Shown in pieces: positions 7,853 to 16,890 of a stretch of DNA of 30,154 nt. Origin of the DNA: a virus; IMG/VR virus record IMGVR_UViG_3300031413_000569, one strand, 5' to 3'. The notes beneath the pieces are model-generated. The model was given only the letters and a program-made list of their open reading frames with translations. It had not been told where the DNA came from and did not search any database. Position 1 is the stretch's first letter, and each line of letters starts with the position of its first letter. Position numbers and translations under genes: made by a program.

Positions 7853-8407
7853 TTAATTACCGTCTGCTTTGTATTCTGCCACAAACTCAAAACGCTTGAA
7901 TGAGTATTTGAAGTAATTGGCCAGCTGTTTCGTATCAACAGGCTCATGGTCTTCAAAGTCTGTCTTATCTGACAAATCAGCATAAGACCAACTGCCATCG
8001 GTACTCCAAGCAGCTGCAGTGGCAAACACTGTACTAAACGTAGTAGGGAACTCGTCAAATTTCCACAAGAAAGGAGAAGCCTCTCCAAATACAGGAGCAA
8101 AGACTTCAGGAACTCCGTTGAAGATAAACTGTTCTTTCGCTAAAGCTTCACTGTCCATTCCGACGAATAGCTCAGATTCATGGTCAAAAGCGTAAGTAAG
8201 AGCTGCTACAACTTTACCGTTCTCTTTGTAGAAAGCAATGTTACCTTCTTGACCCCCACCATCGTTAGATTTGAACACATCAAAGGAGGGCAAAGCCTCT
8301 GGAAGGAACTCTGCATATTCAGAATCTTCTGAAGCGATTTTCTGAGCTTCTTGATGTAAAGAGGATGGGTCTGGAATTAGAGAAATAATTTTGTCAAAGT
8401 TGTTCAT
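7853..8407 (-). CDS. Hypothetical protein with FDHES motif
   Basis: Probable start MNNFD at 8407 (RBS AGGAAG). The NDGGG...AFDHES...GVPEVF pattern recalls, from memory, an uncharacterised actinobacterial family. Confidence 0.7.
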   Translation of the reverse strand: MNNFDKIISLIPDPSSLHQEAQKIASEDSEYAEFLPEALPSFDVFKSNDGGGQEGNIAFYKENGKVVAALTYAFDHESELFVGMDSEALAKEQFIFNGVPEVFAPVFGEASPFLWKFDEFPTTFSTVFATAAAWSTDGSWSYADLSDKTDFEDHEPVDTKQLANYFKYSFKRFEFVAEYKADGN

Positions 8408-8490
8408 TAGACTTCCTATACTAGATGATCCCTTATCATATCGGAAATAGCTGACAATCGCCTGTATAAGTAAATACCGATAGTTACTGC

Positions 8491-9021
8491 ATGAGTGAAA
8501 TGTTATTCCCGAAACGCAGTCGTTGTAAAACATGTAAGAAGAAATTAGATTCAACAGTGTTGAAAGGATTGTTCTGCTCTTACAAATGTGCTGAACATCC
8601 AGCACCTTCGCCAAATGTCTCTGCGGCCCCTCGTCACTGCAAAAGAGAAGTCAACAACGTCTGGTCTTGGAAAACAAAATATCGTTTCGAACAAGAAGTT
8701 CCTGAAAAATGGCGTAATGACCCAGCTACAAACATCTACCTGTGTGACTATTGCCTAAACCTTCATATTGGTCATTCCCGTGTGAAACCGGAAGATGTAT
8801 CGAAACTTCGAAGAGTTGTTTCGGATGAAGTCACATTAGGTAGCGTCATTCAACGTCGAAGAGAGCAACTGAACTGGGATAAGAAAGTCCTGGCTAAAGT
8901 CCTTAAAGTGCCAGTCATTCGGCTTACTGAAATCGAAGCTGGCAACCCTAAGATGGATGTCTCAGTGTTGTTCAAGGTCCTGCAGAAGCTTAGGCTTACT
9001 GTAGAGTTTATAGAACGCTGA
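8491..9021 (+). CDS. Zinc-finger + XRE helix-turn-helix regulator
   Basis: CxxC/CxxxC and CxxC-H clusters. C-terminal LGSVIQRRREQLNW...LAKVL.....LTEIEAG matches an XRE HTH. Confidence 0.8.
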   Translation: MSEMLFPKRSRCKTCKKKLDSTVLKGLFCSYKCAEHPAPSPNVSAAPRHCKREVNNVWSWKTKYRFEQEVPEKWRNDPATNIYLCDYCLNLHIGHSRVKPEDVSKLRRVVSDEVTLGSVIQRRREQLNWDKKVLAKVLKVPVIRLTEIEAGNPKMDVSVLFKVLQKLRLTVEFIER

Positions 9022-9022
9022 T

Positions 9023-9664
9023 TTAGTACCAGTTACTTGCCTGTGAGTGACCCCAGGCTCCACAAGGTGTACCGTATCTGTCTGAGATGTAACCAAGACC
9101 CCACTTGATTTGGGTACCAGCGTTGGTTTGCCAGTCAGCACCTGCTGAAGCCATCTTACTACCAGGCAAAGACTGTGGAATACCGTACGCACCAGATGAA
9201 GGATTGTTAGCGTTTACTCTCCAGCCAGATTCTTTGTTCCATAAGGAGACAAGGCAGTTGAATTCACTCTGACCCCAACCGTGAGCCTGTACTTGATTCC
9301 AAGCCTCTTCTTGAGCGGAACCTGGGTTAGGAGTCACTGCTGGGGCAGAAGGTGTAGAAGGAGTAGCAGGTGACTTGACCGAGGTTTTACTCTTTACTGG
9401 AGTCTCTACAACAACTGGTTCTGGTGGTGGAGGCGGAGGAGGTGCTGTGATGCTATAGCTTTCACGTTCTATCGCAGGTGCTTTTACACTGTCAGACACA
9501 GTGAAAGACTGCGAACCAGTAGTGTCAGCAGAAGCAGAGTAGATTACGTCTTCTATATTTTGATCTGCGAGATTATTGTCAATTGGGATGGCTGAGGTTC
9601 CAGTGACTGCAAGGTTGAGAGCCAATGCAGTAGACCAGAAAGCCGAGGCTAAATTTACAAACAT
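9023..9664 (-). CDS. Secreted lytic transglycosylase (actinobacterial SLT-type)
   Basis: Hydrophobic signal, Pro-rich linker, then KESGW..NANNPSSGAYGIPQSLP...NAGTQIKWGLGYISDRYGTPCGAW. Start taken at ATG 9664 because the longer ORF start lies inside a hairpin. Confidence 0.9.
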   Translation of the reverse strand: MFVNLASAFWSTALALNLAVTGTSAIPIDNNLADQNIEDVIYSASADTTGSQSFTVSDSVKAPAIERESYSITAPPPPPPPEPVVVETPVKSKTSVKSPATPSTPSAPAVTPNPGSAQEEAWNQVQAHGWGQSEFNCLVSLWNKESGWRVNANNPSSGAYGIPQSLPGSKMASAGADWQTNAGTQIKWGLGYISDRYGTPCGAWGHSQASNWY

Positions 9665-9672
9665 ATGAATTG

Positions 9673-9680
9673 TTATCGGC
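9673..9680 (-). promoter_or_regulatory. Sigma-28-type -10 element GCCGATAA
   Basis: Exact match to the FliA/WhiG -10 consensus, 8 nt upstream of ATG 9664. No TAAA -35 is seen. Confidence 0.55.
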
Positions 9681-9722
9681 CCTGATATTGAACCGAGTCT
9701 GGAATCTGATATTTTTAACTGA

Positions 9723-9756
9723 GAATGCCCTCTGAACTCAAGTTCAGAGGGCATTC
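9723..9756. terminator. 16-bp perfect hairpin, probable terminator
   Basis: GAATGCCCTCTGAACT-ca-AGTTCAGAGGGCATTC downstream of the 9779 stop. Confidence 0.7.
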
Positions 9757-9778
9757 CACAAAGGAAGTTTTGTGTTAG

Positions 9779-9970
9779 TTAGGCTCTTAGGTCACCAATT
9801 GCCTGGCGGAACACCTGCACAATTCCACTGCAGATTGCATAGAACCAATCCCATAACATGCCGATGAAACCAGCAATATTGCCTGAACGTCCCCATACCT
9901 CCCAAATAAACAGGACCACTACGCCAATACCGATAGCCATAAGGATCGTCTTGAGGGCTTTTTTAATCAT
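9779..9970 (-). CDS. Small membrane protein (63 aa)
   Basis: Basic N-terminus, a TM helix and a second hydrophobic helix; TAATG coupling to the upstream gene. Confidence 0.75.
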   Translation of the reverse strand: MIKKALKTILMAIGIGVVVLFIWEVWGRSGNIAGFIGMLWDWFYAICSGIVQVFRQAIGDLRA

Positions 9971-10188
9971 TAGGATTCTTCCTTTGTTTCAACAATTGAT
10001 ACATTATCTCTATCAACTGTTTTTGCAATTTGACGTGTTCTGTCCGCCCAAATCAATCCAGTCCACCATCTTTCTAAAGTGCTTTCACCAGAAAGCTCCC
10101 AAGGGTCTGGAAACCAACCAGCTGGAGCTGAAAGGTAGGCAGGCATCTGATGTTGCTTGCGTTGAGAAAAAGAAGTGTCAGTCATCAT
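9970..10188 (-). CDS. DUF2510 domain protein
   Basis: APAGWFPDPW......ERWWTGLIWADRTR matches the DUF2510 PAGWYPDP...RWWDG..WT pattern. Confidence 0.8.
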   Translation of the reverse strand: MMTDTSFSQRKQHQMPAYLSAPAGWFPDPWELSGESTLERWWTGLIWADRTRQIAKTVDRDNVSIVETKEES

Positions 10189-10192
10189 TTAG

Positions 10193-11071
10193 TTATCCGC
10201 AAGTAGCAAGCATGTCTTTCAATGCTTGAACATCTGCTGCTGAAGCTGACAAGTTATAATTCTTGCTAATAACAATCCAGTCTGTAGCGTATGTGCAGTA
10301 GTTGGCAGTATTAGTTGGTTTCCACTCAGCTGGTCCTTTGTCGCTCTTAGAGCGATTCTCTCCTGCTTTCACAGCTTTCAGATGATTTGGGTTGGTCAAA
10401 TCATTTGCAAACTGTTCTTTTTTGCTTTCATCCCAAGCCTGTCCACCATGTTGAGCAGCGTAGGACAAAGGAATCATGTGGTCAATATCCAGCTCTTTAG
10501 GGTTTGTGATGGTTGTACCAGAATAAGGGTCATTCCACGTTCCTGATTTTACAGAGCAAGCTTTGCCCACTTCTGCTACTGTTTTACCTGATTTGTCAGC
10601 AAGAACCAAAGTGGCATCTTTTACCGCTTCTTCATAAAGAACTTGGTCTCTTGTGTCCCAACAGCTTGAACCCTGTGAAATCCAGTGGTTCCACTCATCC
10701 CTGTCATAGGAAACTTTTTGAGGGTCAGCTACTGTCAAAGAGCTCAATGTGTTGGTTGCTTCTGAAGGAGCTGGTTCTGTACCTGTTCCTGGAGTGCCTG
10801 GATTGGTTCCAGGAACCCCAGGAGTGCCCGTACCTGGTTGGACATTGGAAGATAATGTGCAACGGCTAAAATCACCTTTGATAGCATTTGGTGCACAGTT
10901 CTTCATCCATGCTTCCACAGTTAAGGATTTTGACTTCAACATTGACGGGATATCGTTCAAGTTGGGATCACTTGGAATGCCAAAGAACCCAATAATGCAC
11001 GCACCAATTACAAAGAAGGTAACAATGCTACCTAATTTTCCTCCACTGGACTTTCTTGAACGACTTGCCAT
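10193..11071 (-). CDS. Membrane-anchored extracytoplasmic HNH nuclease (DUF1524-like)
   Basis: N-terminal TM, GTPG linker, YDRDEW.HW, W.DPYSG, DIDHMIPL, NRSKSDKGPAEWKP, C.YA..W. Confidence 0.88.
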   Translation of the reverse strand: MASRSRKSSGGKLGSIVTFFVIGACIIGFFGIPSDPNLNDIPSMLKSKSLTVEAWMKNCAPNAIKGDFSRCTLSSNVQPGTGTPGVPGTNPGTPGTGTEPAPSEATNTLSSLTVADPQKVSYDRDEWNHWISQGSSCWDTRDQVLYEEAVKDATLVLADKSGKTVAEVGKACSVKSGTWNDPYSGTTITNPKELDIDHMIPLSYAAQHGGQAWDESKKEQFANDLTNPNHLKAVKAGENRSKSDKGPAEWKPTNTANYCTYATDWIVISKNYNLSASAADVQALKDMLATCG

Positions 11072-11122
11072 TTCTATTTACTCACTTTTTCTAAGATAAA
11101 CAACTTCCTAATACCTATCTGT

Positions 11123-13483
11123 TTAGGAACCAAAGGGGCTACCCTGTTTTGGGAAGTTTGTTTCTTTTTTCCCATCCTGATTTTGAAAAGGAGAAACAAC
11201 AGGCTTGTTTGTAGCAGCCCCTGCTGGCTTAGCAGGGAAAGCAAACGGACTAACAGGTCTGACTGGTCGTACAGGGGCTTCCTGGGCGGTTTCAGCAGGT
11301 TCTGGCTCAGCTACTGGTGCTGGCTTTGCTACAGGCTTAGAAACGGTTTTAGCGGGTACAGGTTTTGAATCGAATGGTGAAGCAGACTCCCAAAGAAGAG
11401 CCGGCGGAGCAGCTTCAACTGGCTCTTCCGCAACAGGAAGAGGAGGGACTTCCTCTTGAATTTCTTCATCCAGGTCGTCCATGTCATCAAAATCATCCAG
11501 AATGAAGTCTTCTGGCTTCAAATCTAAATCAGGTTCGATAGTCTGTTTGTTTACCGGAGTGCGAACTGGTTCTTCATTGTCATTAGGTAGCCCGTTGAAA
11601 AAAGCAGGTACAGTTCTGTCATCAACATCCACGACAGTATCTTCTGGTCGTTTACTCAAAGCATCAATAAGGCTCTGATGGTTTGCGTCAACCTCTGCAA
11701 CTGGTGCTTGATTCATAAAGTCAGGTTCTGGGTAAGAACGGGGCGCTTCATCTATTTCAGCTTTAGCGATAGAAGGAGTAGATGTTACGACTTCAGGAGC
11801 AATTTCTTGTTCTTGTTCTGATGATTCTTCTTTCAGAGGCTTCTTTCCCAAGCGAGCTTTGCGTGGCTTTTTGTCAGCTTTTGGAGCTTTCTTGGCAGAG
11901 GTTTCCAGAGTCTCAGCAGCTTCTTCTACCTCTGAAGTTTTAGCAGCCAGTTTTTCTTGGTATCTTTCGTAAAGATGTCCACCGGGAGCTACACAAGTAG
12001 GCTCAACGTGTGGGTTTTCAAGAATGAATTCATCAATCCAAGTAGGAGGTGCAAAGTAACCTTGGAAAGTCTCCAAACTTCCACCAACACGAAGAAGACC
12101 TCGACCACGGATACCTGGAAGGTTCACCGCTTCTCCAGAGTCCAAAATCATGGTAGAAGGGGTAGAGTCCATACGACCAGCAGCTAAACGAACATCCATG
12201 TTGGCCTTGAATTCGCCTCGTAGCACTACGGCGTCAGGACGCTGCATAGCTACAACCATATGAATACCGGCAGCACGACCCAATCGGAGAATCTTACCTA
12301 CAAGGTCAGAGGCTTCGGCTTTCATCATGTCCTCAGCTTTACCTTCATCAGTTTTAGAACCAGAAGCGCCAAGGAACATTGTTGCCTCATCGACCATAAG
12401 AAGAATACAGTAAGGAGGGTCTTCCAAATCCATAAGGTTGTTCTGCCCTTTTTCTTCCATCATCTTGTAACGGTCCATCATAGCGTTATACGCATATTTC
12501 AGAACTTCAAGACCTTGGTCTACTTCAGTAGCAATACCCATGACAGTCTGCTTGTACTTGTTGTACGGGGTAAGCTCCACACGTTTGAGGTCGACTCCTA
12601 AGAACCTCCAACGGTCGTTGTGTTGGATTGTGTGGAACACAATGTTTCTCTGCAACACTGATTTACCTGTACCGGAAGGTCCACCTACGAGAACGTGAGG
12701 GAAGGTTTTTAAGTCGAAGGAAACAATACCGCTTTTAGCCAAACCTACAGGGAATTCACTCCAAGAGTATTTAGAAGAGCCTGGGTACTTGAGCTCTGTA
12801 GGCAGTTTGTCTACAGCTTCAATTGTTACTTTGTCATGTGTCAAATCCCAGACAGGGTTCCAATCGTGCTCATCAGTAACGTTTTCTGTGAACGTCTTAT
12901 CAAAAGCGTTTTGAGCATTTTTGTCAGGTCCTTGACCAGCAGGGAAAGTAATGACCATTTTCTTGGGGTCTTCATCCGAAATCCATTCTTCAACAGTAAT
13001 GAAGTTCCAGAAAGCAGGATGTGAGGCGTTCTTTCCCCGAGGGCCTGAAGAGAACTTGATAGTGTTTGAAGCAATAGCAAAGATACGGCCAAGAATCTTG
13101 TCACGTTTCTTCATTACAGGTAAGGCACGACTTATTCCGAAGATGAAACTAATGGGGAACACGATGAGAAACAAGAAGTTACCAGTAAAGATGTAGGCAA
13201 GGCTTCCAGCGGTCAATCCCAGGATGTGGAGGCTTTTCAAAGAAAGAAGTTTTTGAGCTAAAGGTGAACCTTTTTTGGCTAAAGTTGCTTTGTCTTCTTT
13301 GAAAACATAACTGTTCACTTCGCTGGCAATTTTTCCAAACGGCTTGACCAATTTACCTTTGGCTAAACGGGCTGGAACATATTTCGAGTTCCACAGCCAG
13401 CTGATAACACCAAAGACTATTGGTAGTCCTACAAGCAGAATACTTGCAAGAATAATAATACGGGGAAGGAGTTCGCTAATCAT
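11123..13483 (-). CDS. FtsK/SpoIIIE-family ATPase (TraB/TcpA-like DNA translocase or coupling protein)
   Basis: N-terminal TMs; PHVLVGGPSGTGKS (Walker A), DLKRVE, LMVDEA (Walker B), RLGRAAGIH...QRPD; long acidic/Pro-rich tail. Confidence 0.92.
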   Translation of the reverse strand: MISELLPRIIILASILLVGLPIVFGVISWLWNSKYVPARLAKGKLVKPFGKIASEVNSYVFKEDKATLAKKGSPLAQKLLSLKSLHILGLTAGSLAYIFTGNFLFLIVFPISFIFGISRALPVMKKRDKILGRIFAIASNTIKFSSGPRGKNASHPAFWNFITVEEWISDEDPKKMVITFPAGQGPDKNAQNAFDKTFTENVTDEHDWNPVWDLTHDKVTIEAVDKLPTELKYPGSSKYSWSEFPVGLAKSGIVSFDLKTFPHVLVGGPSGTGKSVLQRNIVFHTIQHNDRWRFLGVDLKRVELTPYNKYKQTVMGIATEVDQGLEVLKYAYNAMMDRYKMMEEKGQNNLMDLEDPPYCILLMVDEATMFLGASGSKTDEGKAEDMMKAEASDLVGKILRLGRAAGIHMVVAMQRPDAVVLRGEFKANMDVRLAAGRMDSTPSTMILDSGEAVNLPGIRGRGLLRVGGSLETFQGYFAPPTWIDEFILENPHVEPTCVAPGGHLYERYQEKLAAKTSEVEEAAETLETSAKKAPKADKKPRKARLGKKPLKEESSEQEQEIAPEVVTSTPSIAKAEIDEAPRSYPEPDFMNQAPVAEVDANHQSLIDALSKRPEDTVVDVDDRTVPAFFNGLPNDNEEPVRTPVNKQTIEPDLDLKPEDFILDDFDDMDDLDEEIQEEVPPLPVAEEPVEAAPPALLWESASPFDSKPVPAKTVSKPVAKPAPVAEPEPAETAQEAPVRPVRPVSPFAFPAKPAGAATNKPVVSPFQNQDGKKETNFPKQGSPFGS

Positions 13484-13599
13484 GTCTTTTCTAATATTGG
13501 CTCAGTAATCGCTGCGTTTGCAGGTCATGATTTGAACTATATCTCTATCCGAGTAAGTTACAATTGGTCAAGTAACACCTGTTTTAGAGCCTTAAATCA

Positions 13600-13637
13600 A
13601 AAACAGCCCCTCAACTTATGCGTTGAGGGGCTGTTTT
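13600..13637. terminator. Intrinsic terminator after ssb
   Basis: AAAACAGCCCCTCAAC-ttatgc-GTTGAGGGGCTGTTTT. Confidence 0.85.
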
Positions 13638-13646
13638 ATTTACTTA

Positions 13647-14120
13647 TCAGAAAGGTGCGTCAACATCTTCAGCTGCAGGAGCTGGTGCTGAGTAGGATGA
13701 GCCGCCACCGTTTACACGAGGAGCGCTTGTTCCGCCACTTACCTTGTTGCCGTAAGCAGACTTATCTGTTACGTTCAAAATCTGGTGGTCCAGGCTGACT
13801 GTAACGTCATCTGCTACAATTTCGAGGCTCTGACGAGCTTCGCCGTCTTTGGTCTTGTAGGCAGAAACTTTAAGCTCACCGATAACGGTAACTTCCAAGC
13901 CCTGGTCAAGAGAAGCTACAGCATTCTCAGCAAGACGCTTGAACAATGTTACGTCATACCAGGTCAGTTCACCATCTTCCCACTGATTGGTCTGAGGGTT
14001 CAAGCGGCGTGGTTGACGAGCCAAGCTGAATGATGTTACAGCTACTCCAGAAGGAGTGTAACGCAGTTCAGGCTTACGTCCGATACGACCAGATACAAAA
14101 TGTTTGTTGAATGATGTCAT
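13647..14120 (-). CDS. ssb: Single-stranded DNA-binding protein
   Basis: GRIGRKPELRYTPSGVAV, TWY.V..F..LAEN..SL..G..V.V.G.L; acidic tail EDVDAPF. Confidence 0.95.
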   Translation of the reverse strand: MTSFNKHFVSGRIGRKPELRYTPSGVAVTSFSLARQPRRLNPQTNQWEDGELTWYDVTLFKRLAENAVASLDQGLEVTVIGELKVSAYKTKDGEARQSLEIVADDVTVSLDHQILNVTDKSAYGNKVSGGTSAPRVNGGGSSYSAPAPAAEDVDAPF

Positions 14121-14214
14121 GATTTTCTTCGTTTTCTGTGATTGTTTGTTTTGTTTCAGGCGTATAAGGTTAAGTTTATTACGCTTGTTACTTCTATTCT
14201 AACGTTTTTAGATA

Positions 14215-14727
14215 CTATATCTCAGATTTAGCATCTAAAACATAATTATTTGCGACAAGGAAGGGAACTTCCCCTGCTACGTCATAAGCTGATTTCTCAT
14301 GGTTGCGTGTTCCTGCACCTTTTGCGAAACCAGGTAAATCTTTAGGTCGCCTTCCGCACAAAACATCAGGATATCCTGTACGGCTTGTACCATTGTGACC
14401 TGGTGGAACGATTACAGCATTACTAAATCTTTGAGCTACCGCTCCAAGAACAATTCCTGCAAAAATAAGGTATTTAGGGTTAAGGGGGGCTAACTTACCA
14501 TTGTTGTAGCCCCTGGGAGCCGCTAACCCTTCTATGCCTATCTTTGCCTCTGGGAAAAGGTCAGCTACATCTGTCTGAATACGGGCACTGACTTCTATTG
14601 CCCAGCTTACAATTTCTGTTTCTTTCGGCTTCACATAAGTTGAAGACAAAAGAATCTCGTCAGTGCTAATGTTCCTTACGGAGACCCCGGTGTATTTAGC
14701 ACCGGGGTCTATTCCTATAACTATCAT
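14215..14727 (-). CDS. RuvC-like Holliday junction resolvase (RNase H fold), divergent
   Basis: VIGIDPG..YTG, IGIEG, IVPP, and NHEKSA where DxxDA is usual. Confidence 0.75.
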   Translation of the reverse strand: MIVIGIDPGAKYTGVSVRNISTDEILLSSTYVKPKETEIVSWAIEVSARIQTDVADLFPEAKIGIEGLAAPRGYNNGKLAPLNPKYLIFAGIVLGAVAQRFSNAVIVPPGHNGTSRTGYPDVLCGRRPKDLPGFAKGAGTRNHEKSAYDVAGEVPFLVANNYVLDAKSEI

Positions 14728-14735
14728 GCTATATA

Positions 14736-16292
14736 TTATAGGCTTGAAAGAACTGCTTTGAAGTTAGCTTTTCCGCTTGCCACATAGAAGTCCAAGAAAT
14801 CTCCCAATTTGTCATCAGGGATGTTCGATGCCTTGCTGTAGGACTTTCCAAAAGTGTGAGACAAAAGCTTCGCTACCTGAGCCTGCTCAGCTTTTGTCTG
14901 CAAGCCTACCTCTTCAATAATGAAGCTTCTGAACTCATCCAGCAAATCCTCTGTAGGAGCGTTAGAAGAGTTGATAGCTCCTGGCTGAAGAAGGTCCTGT
15001 GGGAACCATTCGGTACCGTCAGAGACGACTACAGAGCTTTCAGGGGCTGTTTCTGGAGCAGCTGCAGCCTCTTCTGCCTCATATGCGGGTTCTGGTTCCA
15101 CCTCAGGCTCACTGTAGCTTGGCTCAGGAACAGAAGAAGGAGCAACAGACTCTGTGTTGTCAATGACTACAGGAGCAGCAGAAACAATGCCAGAGTTTAC
15201 TTCTGTTGAAGCTTCAGACTTGTCCAAGCTTTCAAGCAAGCTTCCTACCGTGACCTGCTGCATGGAAGCTTTGATTCCAGAAAGCAGGTTATGACGAGCA
15301 GCTTTTCCAACAACCTGAACGAACTGGTTCACGGCTTCTTTATCACCAGGTGTTCCACTGGAGGAAAGAGGAATATCTACTCCGCTGTCGATGATGGTGA
15401 ATACAGAAGAACGAGCTCTTGTGTGAGAACCGGCAGAGCGGTCAACACGGAAACCTGTTCCGTAAGCACCAACCTGAATACGGTCAGCAATAGCAAGCAC
15501 AAGGAGAGTGAAAAACTCTACTGTGTCAGCATTTGGCTCAGCTTTGGACTGCTTCTGAATCTTTTCATAAACATAGTTGTATGTGTTGATACCAGAAGCT
15601 ACGGTAGCATTACCGAGGTTTGTTCTACCGTCACTGTTGTAGTCCTTGAAAGGAGGTGCTTCCTTGCTGAAAGCACTCTGAACAGCAGTAGGCTGCTCTC
15701 CAGGAATGGTTGCTGCTTCAGCAACTTCAATAGGAGTCGCACCAGCGATAAGAGCTTGAGCTTTTACTGCATCAATAACTGCCTCAGAAACTTCACGAGA
15801 AGTAGCTAAAGTGCGAAGAGTTGCAAGAACAGCTGATTTGTCAACTGTAGCCCCTCCAGTTGAACCTGCTCCTTCTGTGCGAGGACGAGGACTTGTCAAA
15901 GCGGATGTTGCCTGGCCTGTTGCAGGGTCATCTGCAGGGTTTGTGAGAGCTTCACCAGTGAATGAGCCGTTTACTGCTACAAGCTTTTTAATAATGTTCT
16001 TGTTGGCGTTTTCCTTGCGAAGCTCATTGATAGGAGTTTCGCGTGAGATACCTTTTTTACGCTGAGATTCAATGCGAACCTCAATTTCTGTTCCGTCTTC
16101 GTAAGCTTTACGAATTACTTCCAGAATAGCTTCATCTTTGTTCAACCAACCACTGATGGGCCAGTCTAAATATGTTGCTTCAATTGTTGCATTAACAGCG
16201 TTAGCTTTTTCTTCTAACTTGGTAACTTTACCTTTTGCTGTTGCTACGTATACCTCGGTACCATCGCCATCGTGTGAAACAAAAACGCTCAT
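14736..16292 (-). CDS. Hypothetical protein (518 aa) in the recombination cluster
   Basis: Long ORF with RBS AAGGAAA and its own -10; no recognised family. Confidence 0.85.
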   Translation of the reverse strand: MSVFVSHDGDGTEVYVATAKGKVTKLEEKANAVNATIEATYLDWPISGWLNKDEAILEVIRKAYEDGTEIEVRIESQRKKGISRETPINELRKENANKNIIKKLVAVNGSFTGEALTNPADDPATGQATSALTSPRPRTEGAGSTGGATVDKSAVLATLRTLATSREVSEAVIDAVKAQALIAGATPIEVAEAATIPGEQPTAVQSAFSKEAPPFKDYNSDGRTNLGNATVASGINTYNYVYEKIQKQSKAEPNADTVEFFTLLVLAIADRIQVGAYGTGFRVDRSAGSHTRARSSVFTIIDSGVDIPLSSSGTPGDKEAVNQFVQVVGKAARHNLLSGIKASMQQVTVGSLLESLDKSEASTEVNSGIVSAAPVVIDNTESVAPSSVPEPSYSEPEVEPEPAYEAEEAAAAPETAPESSVVVSDGTEWFPQDLLQPGAINSSNAPTEDLLDEFRSFIIEEVGLQTKAEQAQVAKLLSHTFGKSYSKASNIPDDKLGDFLDFYVASGKANFKAVLSSL

Positions 16293-16344
16293 GATTTTCC
16301 TTTACTGTGTCTGTGTGTTTCTACTTCTATTCTATCAGGCACAG

Positions 16345-16887
16345 TTATTCTGGGTCATTTTCAGCATTTCGATTCACTACTTCTTTAGCCACTTCGTAAG
16401 CAATTCCAGCGTTGTATCCTCTGTAAGCAAGGAAGGCAACCATCTTGCTAATTCTCTTCTGAATGTCAGGTTCTCTCATGAGGGAACGCATCTTTTTCTC
16501 AGCAAGAATTTCAGCTGTTTCGCGTAAATCTTCTTCATCCACTTCAGAAAGAAGCTCATCAATGAGTTCTCTGTCAACCCCTTTTTGCATAAGCTTCATT
16601 TTGATAGCTGACACGCCGAGTTTTTCATACTTACGCTTGCTGTAAATGAAGTTTTCCGCATAGTCCCTGTCATTGAGGTACTTAGCTTCCAAAAGTCGCT
16701 GAATAGTTGCATCAATAATGTCAGCTGGAATGATTTTCTTACGCAGCTTATCTCTAATTTGCTGCTCAGTTTGAGGAGAACGCCCTAAATGCCAGACGGC
16801 TGAATTCCAAGCTCGGTCTTTTAGCCTTCGAAGCTGGGCTTCGGTGAAGTTGCCTTCTTCATCTGGGAGAATTGGTTTACGTGCCAT
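16345..16887 (-). CDS. recX: RecX regulatory protein
   Basis: L.RS.QTE.QIRDKL, RL.EAKYLNDRDYA, G...IKMKL.QKGV and FLAYRGY, the three-helix repeats of RecX. Confidence 0.9.
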   Translation of the reverse strand: MARKPILPDEEGNFTEAQLRRLKDRAWNSAVWHLGRSPQTEQQIRDKLRKKIIPADIIDATIQRLLEAKYLNDRDYAENFIYSKRKYEKLGVSAIKMKLMQKGVDRELIDELLSEVDEEDLRETAEILAEKKMRSLMREPDIQKRISKMVAFLAYRGYNAGIAYEVAKEVVNRNAENDPE

Positions 16888-16890
16888 AGC

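Noticed and set aside
8408-8614. N-terminal extension of ORF 7853..8614
   Set aside because: Overlaps the divergent HTH gene and the promoter region; the RBS supports ATG 8407.
9665-9754. N-terminal extension of the transglycosylase
   Set aside because: Starts within a terminator-like hairpin and would bury the signal peptide.
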